Assembly (NCBI RefSeq): GCF_009914755.1
Contig: NC_060948.1
DNA: 64,000 nt
Strand: one strand, 5' to 3'
Source of the DNA: the human T2T-CHM13v2.0 reference genome, Homo sapiens
This document shows, piece by piece, positions 1 through 15,000 of this stretch. The translations under genes and the position numbers were made by a program. The notes under the pieces were generated by a model. It was not told the origin of the DNA. It did no database searches and saw only the letters and a list, made by a program, of their open reading frames with translations. The stretch's first letter is position 1, and every line of letters starts with the position of its first letter.

Positions 1-3000
1 GAATGGTATGGAATGGATAGTAATGGACTGGAGTGAAATGGACTGGAAAGGAATGGACTCAAATTGAAAGGGCTCGAAAGGAATGGAGTCAAATGGAATG
101 GTCTGGAATGGAATGAACACGAATGTAATGCAATCCAATAGAATGGAAACGAATGGCATGGAATATAAATAAATGGAATCGAAGAGAATGGAAACAAATG
201 GAATGGAATTGAATGGAATGGAATTGAATGGAATGGGAACGAATGGAGTGAAATTGTATGCAGTAGAAGGGAATAGAATGGAATGCAAGCGAAAGGAAAG
301 GAATGGATTGGAATGGAATGGAATTCATTGGAATGGAAGGGAATGTAGTGTAATGGACAGGCCTGGAATAAAGTGGAATGCTACGGTCTCGAATGGAATA
401 AAAATGTATGGAATGGAATGCAATGAAACGGAATCGAATGTCATAGAATGTAATGGAATGCAACAAAATGGAATCCAAAATCATTGACTGGAAAGGCTGG
501 GTGTCGAAAGGAATTGACTCCAATGGAATGGAATCGAATGGAATGGAAGTGAATAGAATCGAACTAAATCGAATGGAATGGAATTGATAGGAACGGAATG
601 GAAAGGAATGCAATGATTTGGCATGGAATGGAATCGAATGGCATCGAATGGAATGGAATGGAATGCAATGGAATGGAATGTATTAGAATGTAATGAACTT
701 TAATGGAATGTACTCGAATGGATTCGACTGGAATGGAATGTTCTGGAAGTGAATGGACTCCAATGGAATGGATTCAAAAGGAATGGAGTCGTACGGAATG
801 GAATCTAATGGAATGGAATTAAATGGAAATGAATCAAATTGAATAGCACGGAATTGAATTGAATGGAATGGAATGCAATGGAATCTAATGAAATGGAAAG
901 GAAAGGAATGCAATGGAATGGAATGGGCTGGAATGGAAAGGAATCGAAACGAATGGAATGGAATCGAACTGAAGAGACTGGAATGGAATGCACTGGAATG
1001 GAAGGGAGTGTAATGGAAGGTTCTCGAAAAAAATGGAATCGAATGGAATGGAATTGAATGGAACGGAATAGAGTCGAATGGAATTGAATGGAATGGAATG
1101 GACTAGAGTGAAATGGAATCGAACCACAAGGAATGGACAGGAATAGAATGGTCTCGAATTGAATGGAATCGTATGGAATGGCATCAAACGGAATGGAATG
1201 GACAGCCACGGAATGGAATGCACTCGAATGCAATGGAGTCGAAACTAATGGACTGGAATAGAATGGACTCGACTGGTACGGACTCCAATGGAAGGGAATC
1301 GAATGGAAGGGAATCGAACGGAATGGACTTGAAGGGAAAAGACTGCAATGGAAAGGTCTCGAATGGAATGGAAATTAATGGAATGGAATGGAATCGAATG
1401 AAATGGAGTCAAAAGGAATGGAATCGAATGGCAAGAAATCGAATGTAATGGAATCGCAAGGAATTGATGTGAACGGAACGGAATGGAATGGAATCCAAAG
1501 GAATGGAATAGAATGGAATGGAATCGAATGGAAAGGACTCGAATGGAAATCACTCGAATAGAATGCAATTTAATAAAATAGGATCAAATGTAATGGAATG
1601 GAATGGAAAGGAATCGAAACGAAAGGAATGGAGACAGATTTAATGGAATAGAACAGAGAGCAATGGTATAGAATGGAATGGAATCATCTGGAATGGAATT
1701 GAATGGAATGGAATAATATGAAATGGAATGGAATGGAATGGAATGGAATGCCCTTGAATTAAATGGACTGGAATGGAATGGACTCGAACAGAGTGGAATG
1801 GAAAGTGTTGAGATAGAATGGAATGGACTCGTTTGGAATGGTCTAGTATGCAATGCAATCGACTGGCAGGGAATCAAAAGGAATGTAATCGAATGGATTG
1901 GACTGGAATGCAATGGACTCGAATAGATTGCAAACGGAATGCAAAGGAATGGAATGGAATAGTATGGAATGGAGTGGAAAGGAAAGGAGTGGAATAGACT
2001 AGAGTGGAATGGAATGGACTGGAAAGCAATGGACTGGAATGGAACTTTCTTGAATGGACTGGAATCAAACGGAATGGAATGCAATGCAATCAAATGGCAT
2101 GGAATAAAATAGAATGAAAGAGAATCAAATGGAATTGAATCGAATGGAATCGAATGGATTGGAAAGGAATAGAATGGAATGGAATGGAATTGACTCAAAT
2201 GGAATGGATTCGAATGGAAGGCAAAGGAATGGAATCTATTGGAATGGACTGTAATGGAATGGAATGGAAGGGATTGGAATGGACTCGAATGGAATGGACT
2301 GCAATAGAAAGGATTCGAATGGAATGAAAAAGAATTGAATGGAATAGAACAGAATGGAATCAAATCGAATGAAATGGAATGGAATAGAAAGGAATGGAAT
2401 GAAATGGAATGGAAAGGATTCGAATGGAATGCAATCGAATGGAATGGAATCGAACGGAATGGAATAAAATGGAAGAAAACTGGCAAGAAATGGAATCGAA
2501 ATGAATGGAGTGTTATGGAACGGACTCAAAAGGAATTGAATGTAATAGAATGGAGTGGAGTGGACTCGAATATAATGGACTGGAATGGAATGAAATCACA
2601 TGGAATGGGAACGAATGGAATGGAATGGAAAGGAATGGAATCGAATGGAAACGAATCGAATGGAAGGGAATGAAATTGAATCAACAGGAATGGAAGGGAA
2701 TAGAATAGACGGTAATGGAATGGACTCGAATAGAATGGACACGAATGCTCAAATTGAATGGACTCGAATGGAATGGAAACGAAAGGAATGTCATCGAATG
2801 GAATTGAATCGATTGGAATGAAATCGCATAGAATGGAGTGGAATCAAATGGAATTGAATCGAAAGGAAAGGAAGCGAATGGACTGAAATGAAATGGAATG
2901 GAATTGAATGGAAAGTAATGCAATGGAATAGAATGGAACGAAATTTCACGGAATGGAATCAAACTGAATGGAATCAAATCAATGGAATCCAATCAAATGG

Positions 3001-6000
3001 AATGGAGTAGATTGGATTGGATGGGATTGGAATGAAATGTACTGGAAAGGACTCGAATTTCATGAAACGGAATGGAATGAATTGGAACGGAATGGACTCG
3101 AATGGAATGGAATGTCATAGAATGGCATCAAATGGAATGGCATCAAATGGAATGGAATCGAATGCAATGGAATGCTATGGAATGGAATGGAATGCATTGG
3201 AATGGAATGTCCTCTAATGGAATGGATTCGAGTGGAATGGAATCGAATATAATGGAGTCGAATGAAATGGAATTGAAAGGAATGGGATCGAATACAATGG
3301 AATATACTGGAATGTAATGTAATGAACTCGAATGTAATTGACTGGAATGGAATGTACATGAATGGAATGTAATCGAATGGAAAGTAATCCAATGGAATAG
3401 AATCTAATGCAATAAAATCGACTCAGATAGAGTAGAATGTAATGGAATGGAGTGCAGTGCAATGGAATGGAATGGAATGGAATGCAATGGAATGGAATGG
3501 AATGGAATGGAATGGAATGGAATGGGATGGAATGGTATGGAATGGATGGTAATGGACTGGAGTGAAATGGACTGGAAAGGAATGGACTCAAATTGAAAGG
3601 GCTGGAAAGGAATGGAGTCAAATGGAATGGTCTGGAATGGAATGAACACGAAAGTAATGCAATCCAATAGAATGGAATCGAATGGCATGGAATATAATGA
3701 AATGGAATCGAAGAGAATGGAAACAAATGGAATGGAATTGAATGGAATGGAATTGAATGGAATGGGAACGAATGGAGTGAAATTGTATGCAGTAGAAGGG
3801 AATAGAATGGAATGCAAGCGAAAGGAAAGGAATGGATTGGAATGGAATGGAATTCATTGGAATGGAAGGGAATGTAGTGTAATGGACAGGCCTGGAATAA
3901 AGTGGAATGCTACGGTCTCGAATGGAATAAAAATGTATGGAATGGAATGCAATGAAACGGAATCGAATGTCATAGAATGTAATGGAATGCAAAAAAATGG
4001 AATCCAAAATCATTGACTGGAAAGGCTGGGTGTCGAAAGGAATTGACTCCAATGGAATGGAATCGAATGGAATGGAAGTGAATAGAATCGAACTAAATCG
4101 AATGGAATGGAATTGATAGGAACGGAATGGAAAGGAATGCAATGATTTGGCACGGAATGGAATCGAATGGCATCGAACGGAATGGAATGGAATGCAATTG
4201 AATGGAACGTATTAGAATGGTATGAACTTTAATGGAATGTACTCGAATGGATTCGACTGGAATGGAATGTTCTGGAAGTGAATGGACTCCAATGGAATGG
4301 ATTCAAAAGGAATGGAATCGTACGGAATGGAATCTAATGGAATGGAATTAAATGGAAATGAATCAAATTGAATAGCATGGAATTGAATTGAATGGAATCG
4401 AATGCAATGGAATCTAATGAAACGGAAAGGAAAGGAATGGAATGGAATGGAATGGGCTGGAATGGAAAGGAATCGAAACGAATGGAATGGAATCGAACTG
4501 ACGAGACTGGAATGGAATGCACTGGAATGGAAGGGAGTGTAATGGAAGGTTCTCGAAAAAAATGGAATCGAATGGAATGGAATTGAATGGAACGGAATAG
4601 AGTCGAATGGAATTGAATGGAATGGAATGGACTAGAGTGAAATGGAATCGAACCACAAGGAATGGACAGGAATAGAATGGTCTCGAATTGAATGGAATCG
4701 TATGGAATGGCATCAAACGGAATGGAATGGACAGCCACGGAATGGAATGCACTCGAATGCAATGGAGTCGAAACTAATGGACTGGAATAGAATGGATTCG
4801 ACTGGTACGGACTCCAATGGAATGGAATCGAATGGAAGGGAATCGAACGGAATGGACTCGAAGGGAAAAGACTGCAATGGAAAGGTCTCGAATGGAATGG
4901 AAATTAATGGAATGGAATGGAATCGAATGAAATGGAGTCAAAAGGAATGGAATCGAATGGCAAGAAATCGAATGTAATGGAATCGCCAGGAATTGATGTG
5001 AACGGAACGGAATGGAATGGAATCCAAAGGAATGGAATAGAATGGAATGGAATCGAATGGAAAGGACTCGAATGGAAATCACTCGAATAGAATGAAATTT
5101 AATAAAATAGGATCAAACGTAATGGAATGGAATGGAAAGGAATCGAAACGAAAGGAATGGAGACAGATGGAATGGAATGGAACAGAGAGCAATGGTATAG
5201 AATGGAATGGAATCATCTGGAATGGAATTGAATGGAATGGAATAATATGAAATGGAATGGAATGGAATGGAATGGAATGCCCTTGAATTAAATGGACTGG
5301 AATGGAATGGACTCGAACAGAGTGGAATGGAAAGTGTTGAGATAGAATGGAATGGACTCCTTTGGAATGGTGTAGTATGCAATGCAATCGACTGGCAGGG
5401 AATCAAAAGGAATGTAATCGAATGGATTGGACTGGAATGCAATGGACTCGAATAGATTGGAAACGGAATGCAAAGGAATGGAATGGAATAGTATGGAATG
5501 GAATGGAAAGGAATGGAGTGGAATAGACTAGAGTGGAATGGAATGGACTGGAAAGCAATGGACTGGAATGGAACTTTCTTGAATGGACTGGAATCAAACG
5601 GAATGGAATGCAATGCAATCAAATGGCATGGAATAAAATAGAATGAAAGAGAATCAAATGGAATTGAATCGAATGGAATCGAATGGATTGGAAAGGAATA
5701 GAATGGAATGGAATGGAATTGACTCAAATGGAATGGACTAGAATGGAATGGATTCGAATGGAAGGCAAAGGAATGGAATCTATTGGAATGGACTGTAATG
5801 GAATGGAATGGAAGGGATTGGAATGGACTCGAATGGAATGGACTGCAATAGAAAGGATTCGAATGGAATGAAAAAGAATTGAATGGAATAGAACAGAATG
5901 GAATCAAATCGAATGAAATGGAATGGAATAGAAAGGAATGGAATGAAATGGAATGGAAAGGATTCGAATGGAATGCAATCGAATGGAATGGAATCGAACG

Positions 6001-9000
6001 GAATGGAATAAAATGGAAGAAAACTGGCAAGAAATGGAATCGAAATGAATGGAGTGTTATGGAACGGACTCAAAAGGAATTGAATGTAATAGAATGGAGT
6101 GGAGTGGACTCGAATATAATGGACTGGAATGGAATGAAATCACATGGAATGGGAACGAATGGAATGGAATGGAAAGGAATGGAATCGAATGGAAAGGAAT
6201 CGAATGGAAGGGAATGAAATTGAATCAACAGGAATGGAAGGGAATAGAATAGACGGTAATGGAATGGACTCGAATAGAATGGACACGAATGCTCAAATTG
6301 AATGGACTCGAAAGGAATGGAAACGAAAGGAATGTCATCGAATGGAATTGAATCGATTGGAATGAAATCGCATAGAATGGAGTGGAATCAAATGGAATTG
6401 AATCGAAAGGAAAGGAAGCGAATGGACTGAAATGAAATGGAATGGAATTGAATGGAAAGTAATGCAATGGAATAGAATGGAACGAAATTTCACGGAATGG
6501 AATCAAACTGAATGGAATCAAATCAATGGAATCTAATCAAATGGAATGGAAAGGAATTGAATGGTGTAGATTGGATTGGATGGGATTGGAATGAAATGTA
6601 CTGGAAAGGACTCGAATTTCATGAAACGGAATGGAATGAATTGGAACGGAATGGACTCGAATGGAATGGAATGTCATGGAATGGCATCAAATGGAATGGC
6701 ATCAAATGGAATGGAATCGAATGCAATGGAATGCTATGGAATGGAATGGAATGCATTGGAATGGAATGTCCTCAAATGGAATGGATTCGAGTGGAATGGA
6801 ATCGAATATAATGGAGTCGAATGAAATGGAATTGAAAGGAATGGGATCGAATAGAATGGAATATACTGAAATGTAATGTAATGAACTCGAATGTAATTGA
6901 CTGGAATGGAATGTACATGAATGGAATGTGATCGAATGGAAAGTAATCCAATGGAATAGAATCTAATGCAATAAAACCGACTCAGATAGAGTAGAATGTA
7001 ATGGAATGGAGTGCAGTGCAATGGAATGGAATGGAATTGAATGCAATGGAATGGAATGGAATGGAATGGAATGGAATGGAATGGAATGGGATGGAATGGT
7101 ATGGAATGGATAGTAATGGACTGGAGTGAAATGGACTGGAAAGGAATGGACTCAAATTGAAAGGGCTCGAAAGGAATGGAGTCAAATGGAATGGTCTGGA
7201 ATGGAATGAAAACGAATGTAATGCAATCCAATAGAATGGAAACGAATGGCATGGAATATAAAGAAATGGAATCGAAGAGAATGGAAACAAATGGAATGGA
7301 ATTGAATGGAATGGAATTGAATGGAATGGGAACGAATGGAGTGAAATTGTATGCAGTAGAAGGGAATAGAATGGAATGCAAGCGAAAGGAAAGGAATGGA
7401 TTGGAATGGAATGGAATTCATTGGAATGGAAGGGAATGTAGTGTAATGGACAGGCCTGGAATAAAGTGGAATGCTACGGTCTCGAATGGAATAAAAATGT
7501 ATGGAATGGAATGCAATGAAACGGAATCGAATGTCATAGAATGTAATGGAATGCAACAAAATGGAATCCAAAATCATTGACTGGAAAGGCTGGGTGTCGA
7601 AAGGAATTGACTCCAATGGAATGGAATCGAATGGAATGGAAGTGAATAGAATCGAACTAAATCGAATGGAATGGAATTGATAGGAACGGAATGGAAAGGA
7701 ATGCAATGATTTGGCATGGAATGGAATCGAATGGCATCGAATGGAATGGAATGGAATGCAATGGAATGGAATGTATTAGAATGTAATGAACTTTAATGGA
7801 ATGTACTCGAATGGATTCGACTGGAATGGAATGTTCTGGAAGTGAATGGACTCCAATGGAATGGATTCAAAACGAATGGAATCGTACGGAATGGAATCTA
7901 ATGGAATGGAATTAAATGGAAATGAATCAAATTGAATAGCACGGAATTGAATTGAATGGAATCGAATGCAATGGAATCTAATGAAACGGAAAGGAAAGGA
8001 ATGCAATGGAATGGAATGGGCTGGAATGGAAAGGAATCGAAACGAATGGAATGGAATCGAACTGACGAGACTGGAATGGAATGCACTGGAATGGAAGGGA
8101 GTGTAATGGAAGGTTCTCGAAAAAAATGGAATCGAATGGAATGGAATTGAATGGAACGGAATAGAGTCGAATGGAATTGAATGGAATGGAATGGACTAGA
8201 GTGAAATGGAATCGAACCACAAGGAATGGAGAGGAATAGAATGGTCTCGAATTGAATGGAATCGTATGGAATGGCATCAAACGGAATGGAATGGACAGCC
8301 ACGGAATGGAATGCACTCGAATGCAATGGAGTCGAAACTAATGGACTGGAATAGAATGGACTCGACTGGTACGGACTCCAATGGAATGGAATCGAATGGA
8401 AGGGAATCGAACGGAATGGACTCGAAGGGAAAAGACTGCAATGGAAAGGTCTCGAATGGAATGGAAATTAATGGAATGGAATGGAATCGAATGAAATGGA
8501 GTCAAAAGGAATGGAATCGAATGGCAAGAAATCGAATGTAATGGAATCGCAAGGAATTGATGTGAACGGAACGGAATGGAATGGAATCCAAAGGAATGGA
8601 ATAGAATGGAATGGAATCGAATGGAAAGGACTCGAATGGAAATCACTCGAATAGAATGCAATTTAATAAAATAGGATCAAATGTAATGGAATGGAATGGA
8701 AAGGAATCGAAACGAAAGGAATGGAGACAGATGGAATGGAATGGAACAGAGAGCAATGGTATAGAATGGAATGGAATCATCTGGAATGGAATTGAATGGA
8801 ATGGAATAATATGAAATGGAATGGAATGGAATGGAATGGAATGCCCTTGAATTAAATGGACTGGAATGGAATGGACTCGAACAGAGTGGAATGGAAAGTG
8901 TTGAGATAGAATGGAATGGACTCGTTTGGAATGGTCTAGTATGCAATGCAATCGACTGGCAGGGAATCAAAAGGAATGTAATCGAATGGATTGGACTGGA

Positions 9001-12000
9001 ATGCAATGGACTCGAATAGATTGCAAACGGAATGCAAAGGAATGGAATGGAATAGTATGGAATGGAATGGAAAGGAATGGAGTGGAATAGACTAGAGTGG
9101 AATGGAATGGACTGGAAAGCAATGGACTGGAATGGAACTTTCTTGAATGGACTGGAATCAAACGGAATGGAATGCAGTGCAATCAAATGGCATGGAATAA
9201 AATAGAATGAAAGAGAATGAAATGGAATTGAATCGAATGGAATCGAATGGATTGGAAAGGAATAGAATGGAATGGAATGGAATTGACTCAAATGGAATGG
9301 ACTAGAATGGAATGGATTCGAATGGAAGGCAAAGGAATGGAATCTATTGGAATGGACTGTAATGGAATGGAATGGAAGGGATTGGAATGGACTCGAATGG
9401 AATGGACTGCAATAGAAAGGATTCGAATGGAATGAAAAAGAATTGAATGGAATAGAACAGAATGGAATCAAATCGAATGAAATGGAATGGAATAGAAAGG
9501 AATGGAATGAAATGGAATGGAAAGGATTCGAATGGAATGCAATCGAATGGAATGGAATCGAACGGAATGGAATAAAATGGAAGAAAACTGGCAAGAAATG
9601 GAATCGAAATGAATGGAGTGTTATGGAACGGACTCAAAAGGAATTGAATGTAATAGAATGGAGTGGAGTGGACTCGAATATAATGGACTGGAATGGAATG
9701 AAATCACATGGAATGGGAACGAATGGAATGGAATGGAAAGGAATGGAATCGAATGGAAAGGAATCTAATGGAAGGGAATGAAATTGAATCAACAGGAATG
9801 GAAGGGAATAGAATAGACGGTAATGGAATGGACTCGAATAGAATGGACACGAATGCTGAAATTGAATGGACTCGAATGGAATGGCAACGAAAGGAATGTC
9901 ATCGAATGGAATTGAATCGATTGGAATGAAATCGCATAGAATGGAGTGGAATCAAATGGAATTGAATCGAAAGGAAAGGAAGCGAATGGACTGAAATGAA
10001 ATGGAATGGAATTGAATGGAAAGTAATGCAATGGAATAGAATGGAACGAAATTTCACGGAATGGAATCAAACTGAATGGAATCAAATCAATGGAATCTAA
10101 TCAAATGGAATGGAAAGGAATTGAATGGAGTAGATTGGATTGGATGGGATTGGAATGAAATGTACTGGAAAGGACTCGAATTTCATGAAACGGAATGGAA
10201 TGAATTGGAACGGAATGGACTCGAATGGAATGGAATGTCATGGAATGGCATCAAATGGAATGGCATCAAATGGAATGGAATCGAATGCAATGGAATGCTA
10301 CGGAATGGAATGGAATGCATTGGAATAGAAAGTCCTCTAATGGAATGTATTCGAGTGGAATGGAATCGAATATAATGGAGTCGAATGAAATGGAATTGAA
10401 AAGAATGGGATCAAATACAATGGAATATACTGGAATGTAATGTAATGAACTCGAATGTAATTGACTGGAATGGAATGTACATGAATGGAATGTAATCGAA
10501 TGGAAAGTAATCCAATGGAATAGAAACTAATGCAATAAAATCGACTCAAATAGAGTAGAATGTAATGGAATGGAGTGCAGTGCAATGGAATGGAATGGAA
10601 TGGAATGCAATGGAATGGAATGGATTGGAATGGAATGGGATGGAATGGTGTGGAATGGATAGTAATGGACTGGTGTGAAATGGACTGGAAAGGAATGGAC
10701 TCAAATTGAAAGGGCTCGAAAGGAATGGAGTCAAATGGAATGGTCTGGAATGGAATGAACACGAATGTAATGCAATCCAATAGAATGGAATCGAATGGCA
10801 TGGAACATAAAGAAATGGAATCGAAGAGAATGGAAACAAATGGAATGGAATTGAATGGAATGGAATTGAATGGAATGGGAAGGAATGGAGTGAAATTGTA
10901 TGCAGTAGTAGAGAATAGAATGGAATGCAAGTGAAAGGAAAGGAATGGATTGGAATGGAATGGAATTCATTGGAATGGAAGGGAATGTAGTGTAATGGAC
11001 AGGCCTGGAATAAAGTGGAATGCTACGGTCTCGAATGGAATAAAAATGTATGGAATGGAATGCAATGAAACGGAATCGAATGTCATAGAATGTAATGGAA
11101 TGCAAAAAAATGGAATCCAAAATCATTGACTGGAAAGGCTGGGTGTCGAAAGGAATTGACTCCAATGGAATGGAATCGAATGGAATGGAAGTGAATAGAA
11201 TCGAACTAAATCGAATGGAATGGAATTGATAGGAACGGAATGGAAAGGAATGCAATGATTTGGCATGGAATGGAATCGAATGGCATCGAATGGAATGGAA
11301 TGGAATGCAATGGAATGGAATGTATTAGAATGTAATGAACTTTAATGGAATGTACTCGAATGGATTCGACTGGAATGGAATGTTCTGGAAGTGAATGGAC
11401 TCCAATGGAATGGATTCAAAAGGAATGGAATCGTACGGAATGGAATCTAATGGAATGGAATTAAATGGAAATGAATCAAATTGAATAGCACGGAATTGAA
11501 TTGAATGGAATGGAATGCAATGGAATCTAATGAAACGGAAAGGAAAGGAATGGAATGGAATGGAATGGGCTGGAATGGAAAGGAATCGAAACGAATGGAA
11601 TGGAATCGAACTGAAGAGACTGGAATGGAATGCACTGGAATGGAAGGGAGTGTAATGAAGGTTCTCGAAAAAAATGGAATCGAATGGAATGGAATTGAAT
11701 GGAACGGAATAGAGTCGAATGGAATTGAATGGAATGGAATGGACTAGAGTGAAATGGAATCGAACCACAAGGAATGGACAGGAATAGAATGGTCTCGAAT
11801 TGAATGGAATCGTATGGAATGGCATCAAACGGAATGGAATGGACAGCCACGGAATGGAATGCACTCGAATGCAATGGAGTCGAAACTAATGGACTGGAAT
11901 AGAATGGACTCGACTGGTACGGACTCCAATGGAATGGAATCGAATGGAAGGGAATCGAACGGAATGGACTCGAAGGGAAAGACTGCAATGGAAAGGTCTT

Positions 12001-15000
12001 GAATGGAATGGAAATTAATGGAATGGAATGGAATCGAATGAAATGGAGTCAAAAGGAATGGAATCGAATGGCAAGAAATCGAATGTAATGGAATCGCAAG
12101 GAATTGATGTGAACGGAACGGAATGGAATGGAATCCAAAGGAATGGAATAGAATGGAATGGAATCGAATGGAAAGGACTCGAATGGAAATCACTCGAATA
12201 GAATGCAATTTAATAAAATAGGATCAAATGTAATGGAATGGAATGGAAAGGAATCGAAACGAAAGGAATGGAGACAGATGGAATGGAATGGAACAGAGAG
12301 CAATGGTATAGAATGGAATGGAATCATCTGGAATGGAATTGAATGGAATGGAATAATATGAAATGGAATGGAATGGAATGGAATGGAATGCCCTTGAATT
12401 AAATGGACTGGAATGGAATGGACTCGAACAGAGTGGAATGGAAAGTGTTGAGATAGAATGGAATGGACTCCTTTGGAATGGTGTAGTATGCAATGCAATC
12501 GACTGGCAGGGAATCAAAAGGAATGTAATCGAATGGATTGGACTGGAATGCAATGGACTCGAATAGATTGGAAACGGAATGCAAAGGAATGGAATGGAAT
12601 AGTATGGAATGGAATGGAAAGGAATGGAGTGGAATAGACTAGAGTGGAATGGAATGGACTGGAAAGCAATGGACTGGAATGGAACTTTCTTGAATGGACT
12701 GGAATCAAACGGAATGGAATGCAATGCAATCAAATGGCATGGAATAAAATAGAATGAAAGAGAATCAAATGGAATTGAATCGAATGGAATCGAATGGATT
12801 GGAAAGGAATAGAATGGAATGGAATGGAATTGACTCAAATGGAATGGACTAGAATGGAATGGATTCGAATGGAAGGCAAAGGAATGGAATCTATTGGAAT
12901 GGACTGTAATGGAATGGAATGGAAGGGATTGGAATGGACTCGAATGGAATGGACTGCAATAGAAAGGATTCGAATGGAATGAAAAAGAATTGAATGGAAT
13001 AGAACAGAATGGAATCAAATCGAATGAAATGGAATGGAATAGAAAGGAATGGAATGAAATGGAATGGAAAGGATTCGAATGGAATGCAATCGAATGGAAT
13101 GGAATCGAACGGAATGGAATAAAATGGAAGAAAACTGGCAAGAAATGGAATCGAAATGAATGGAGTGTTATGGAACAGACTCAAAAGGAATTGAATGTAA
13201 TAGAATGGAGTGGAGTGGACTCGAATATAATGGACTGGAATGGAATGAAATCACATGGAATGGGAACGAATGGAATGGAATGGAAAGGAATGGAATCGAA
13301 TGGAAAGGAATCGAATGGAAGGGAATGAAATTGAATCAACAGGAATGGAAGGGAATAGAATAGACGGTAATGGAATGGACTCGAATAGAATGGACACGAA
13401 TGCTCAAATTGAATGGACTCGAATGGAATGGAAACGAAAGGAATGTCATCGAATGGAATTGAATCGATTGGAATGAAATCGCATAGAATGGAGTGGAATC
13501 AAATGGAATTGAATCGAAAGGAAAGGAAGCGAATGGACTGAAATGAAATGGAATGGAATTGAATGGAAAGTAATGCAATGGAATAGAATGGAACGAAATT
13601 TCACGGAATGGAATCAAACTGAATGGAATCAAATCAATGGAATCTAATCAAATGGAATGGAAAGGAATTGAATGGAGTAGATTGGATTGGATGGGATTGG
13701 AATGAAATGTACTGGAAAGGACTCGAATTTCATGAAACGGAATGGAATGAATTGGAACGGAACGGACTCGAATGGAATGGAATGTCATGGAATGGCATCA
13801 AATGGAATGGCATCAAATGGAATGGAATCGAATGCAATGGAATGCTATGGAATGGAATGGAATGCATTGGAATGGAATGTCCTCAAATGGAATGGATTCG
13901 AGTGGAATGGAATCGAATATAATGGAGTCGAATGAAATGGAATTGAAAGGAATGGGATCGAATAGAATGGAATATACTGAAATGTAATGTAATGAACTCG
14001 AATGTAATTGACTGGAATGGAATGTACATGAATGGAATGTAATCGAATGGAAAGTAATCCAATGGAATAGAATCTAATGCAATAAAACCGACTCAGATAG
14101 AGTAGAATGTAGTGGAATGGAGTGCAGTGCAATGGAATGGAATGGAATTGAAAGCAATGGAATGGAATGGAATGGAATGGAAGGGAATGGAATGGGATGG
14201 AATGGTATGGAATGGATAGTAATGGACTGGAGTGAAATGGACTGGAAAGGAATGGACTCAAATTGAAAGGGCTCGAAAGGAATGGAGTCAAATGGAATGG
14301 TCTGGAATGGAATGAAAACGAATGTAATGCAATCCAATAGAATGGAAACGAATGGCATGGAATATAAAGAAATGGAATCGAAGAGAATGGAAACAAATGG
14401 AATGGAATTGAATGGAATGGAATTGAATGGAATGGGAACGAATGGAGTGAAATTGTATGCAGTAGAAGGGAATAGAATGGAATGCAAGCGAAAGGAAAGG
14501 AATGGATTGGAATGGAATGGAATTCATTGGAATGGAAGGGAATGTAGTGTAATGGACAGGCCTGGAATAAAGTGGAATGCTACGGTCTCGAATGGAATAA
14601 AAATGTATGGAATGGAATGCAATGAAACGGAATCGAATGTCATAGAATGTAATGGAATGCAACAAAATGGAATCCAAAATCATTGACTGGAAAGGCTGGG
14701 TGTCGAAAGGAATTGACTCCAATGGAATGGAATCGAATGGAATGGAAGTGAATAGAATCGAACTAAATCGAATGGAATGGAATTGATAGGAACGGAATGG
14801 AAAGGAATGCAATGATTTGGCATGGAATGGAATCGAATGGCATCGAATGGAATGGAATGGAATGCAATGGAATGGAATGTATTAGAATGTAATGAACTTT
14901 AATGGAATGTACTCGAATGGATTCGACTGGAATGGAATGTTCTGGAAGTGAATGCACTCCAATGGAATGGATTCAAAACGAATGGAATCATACGGAATGG

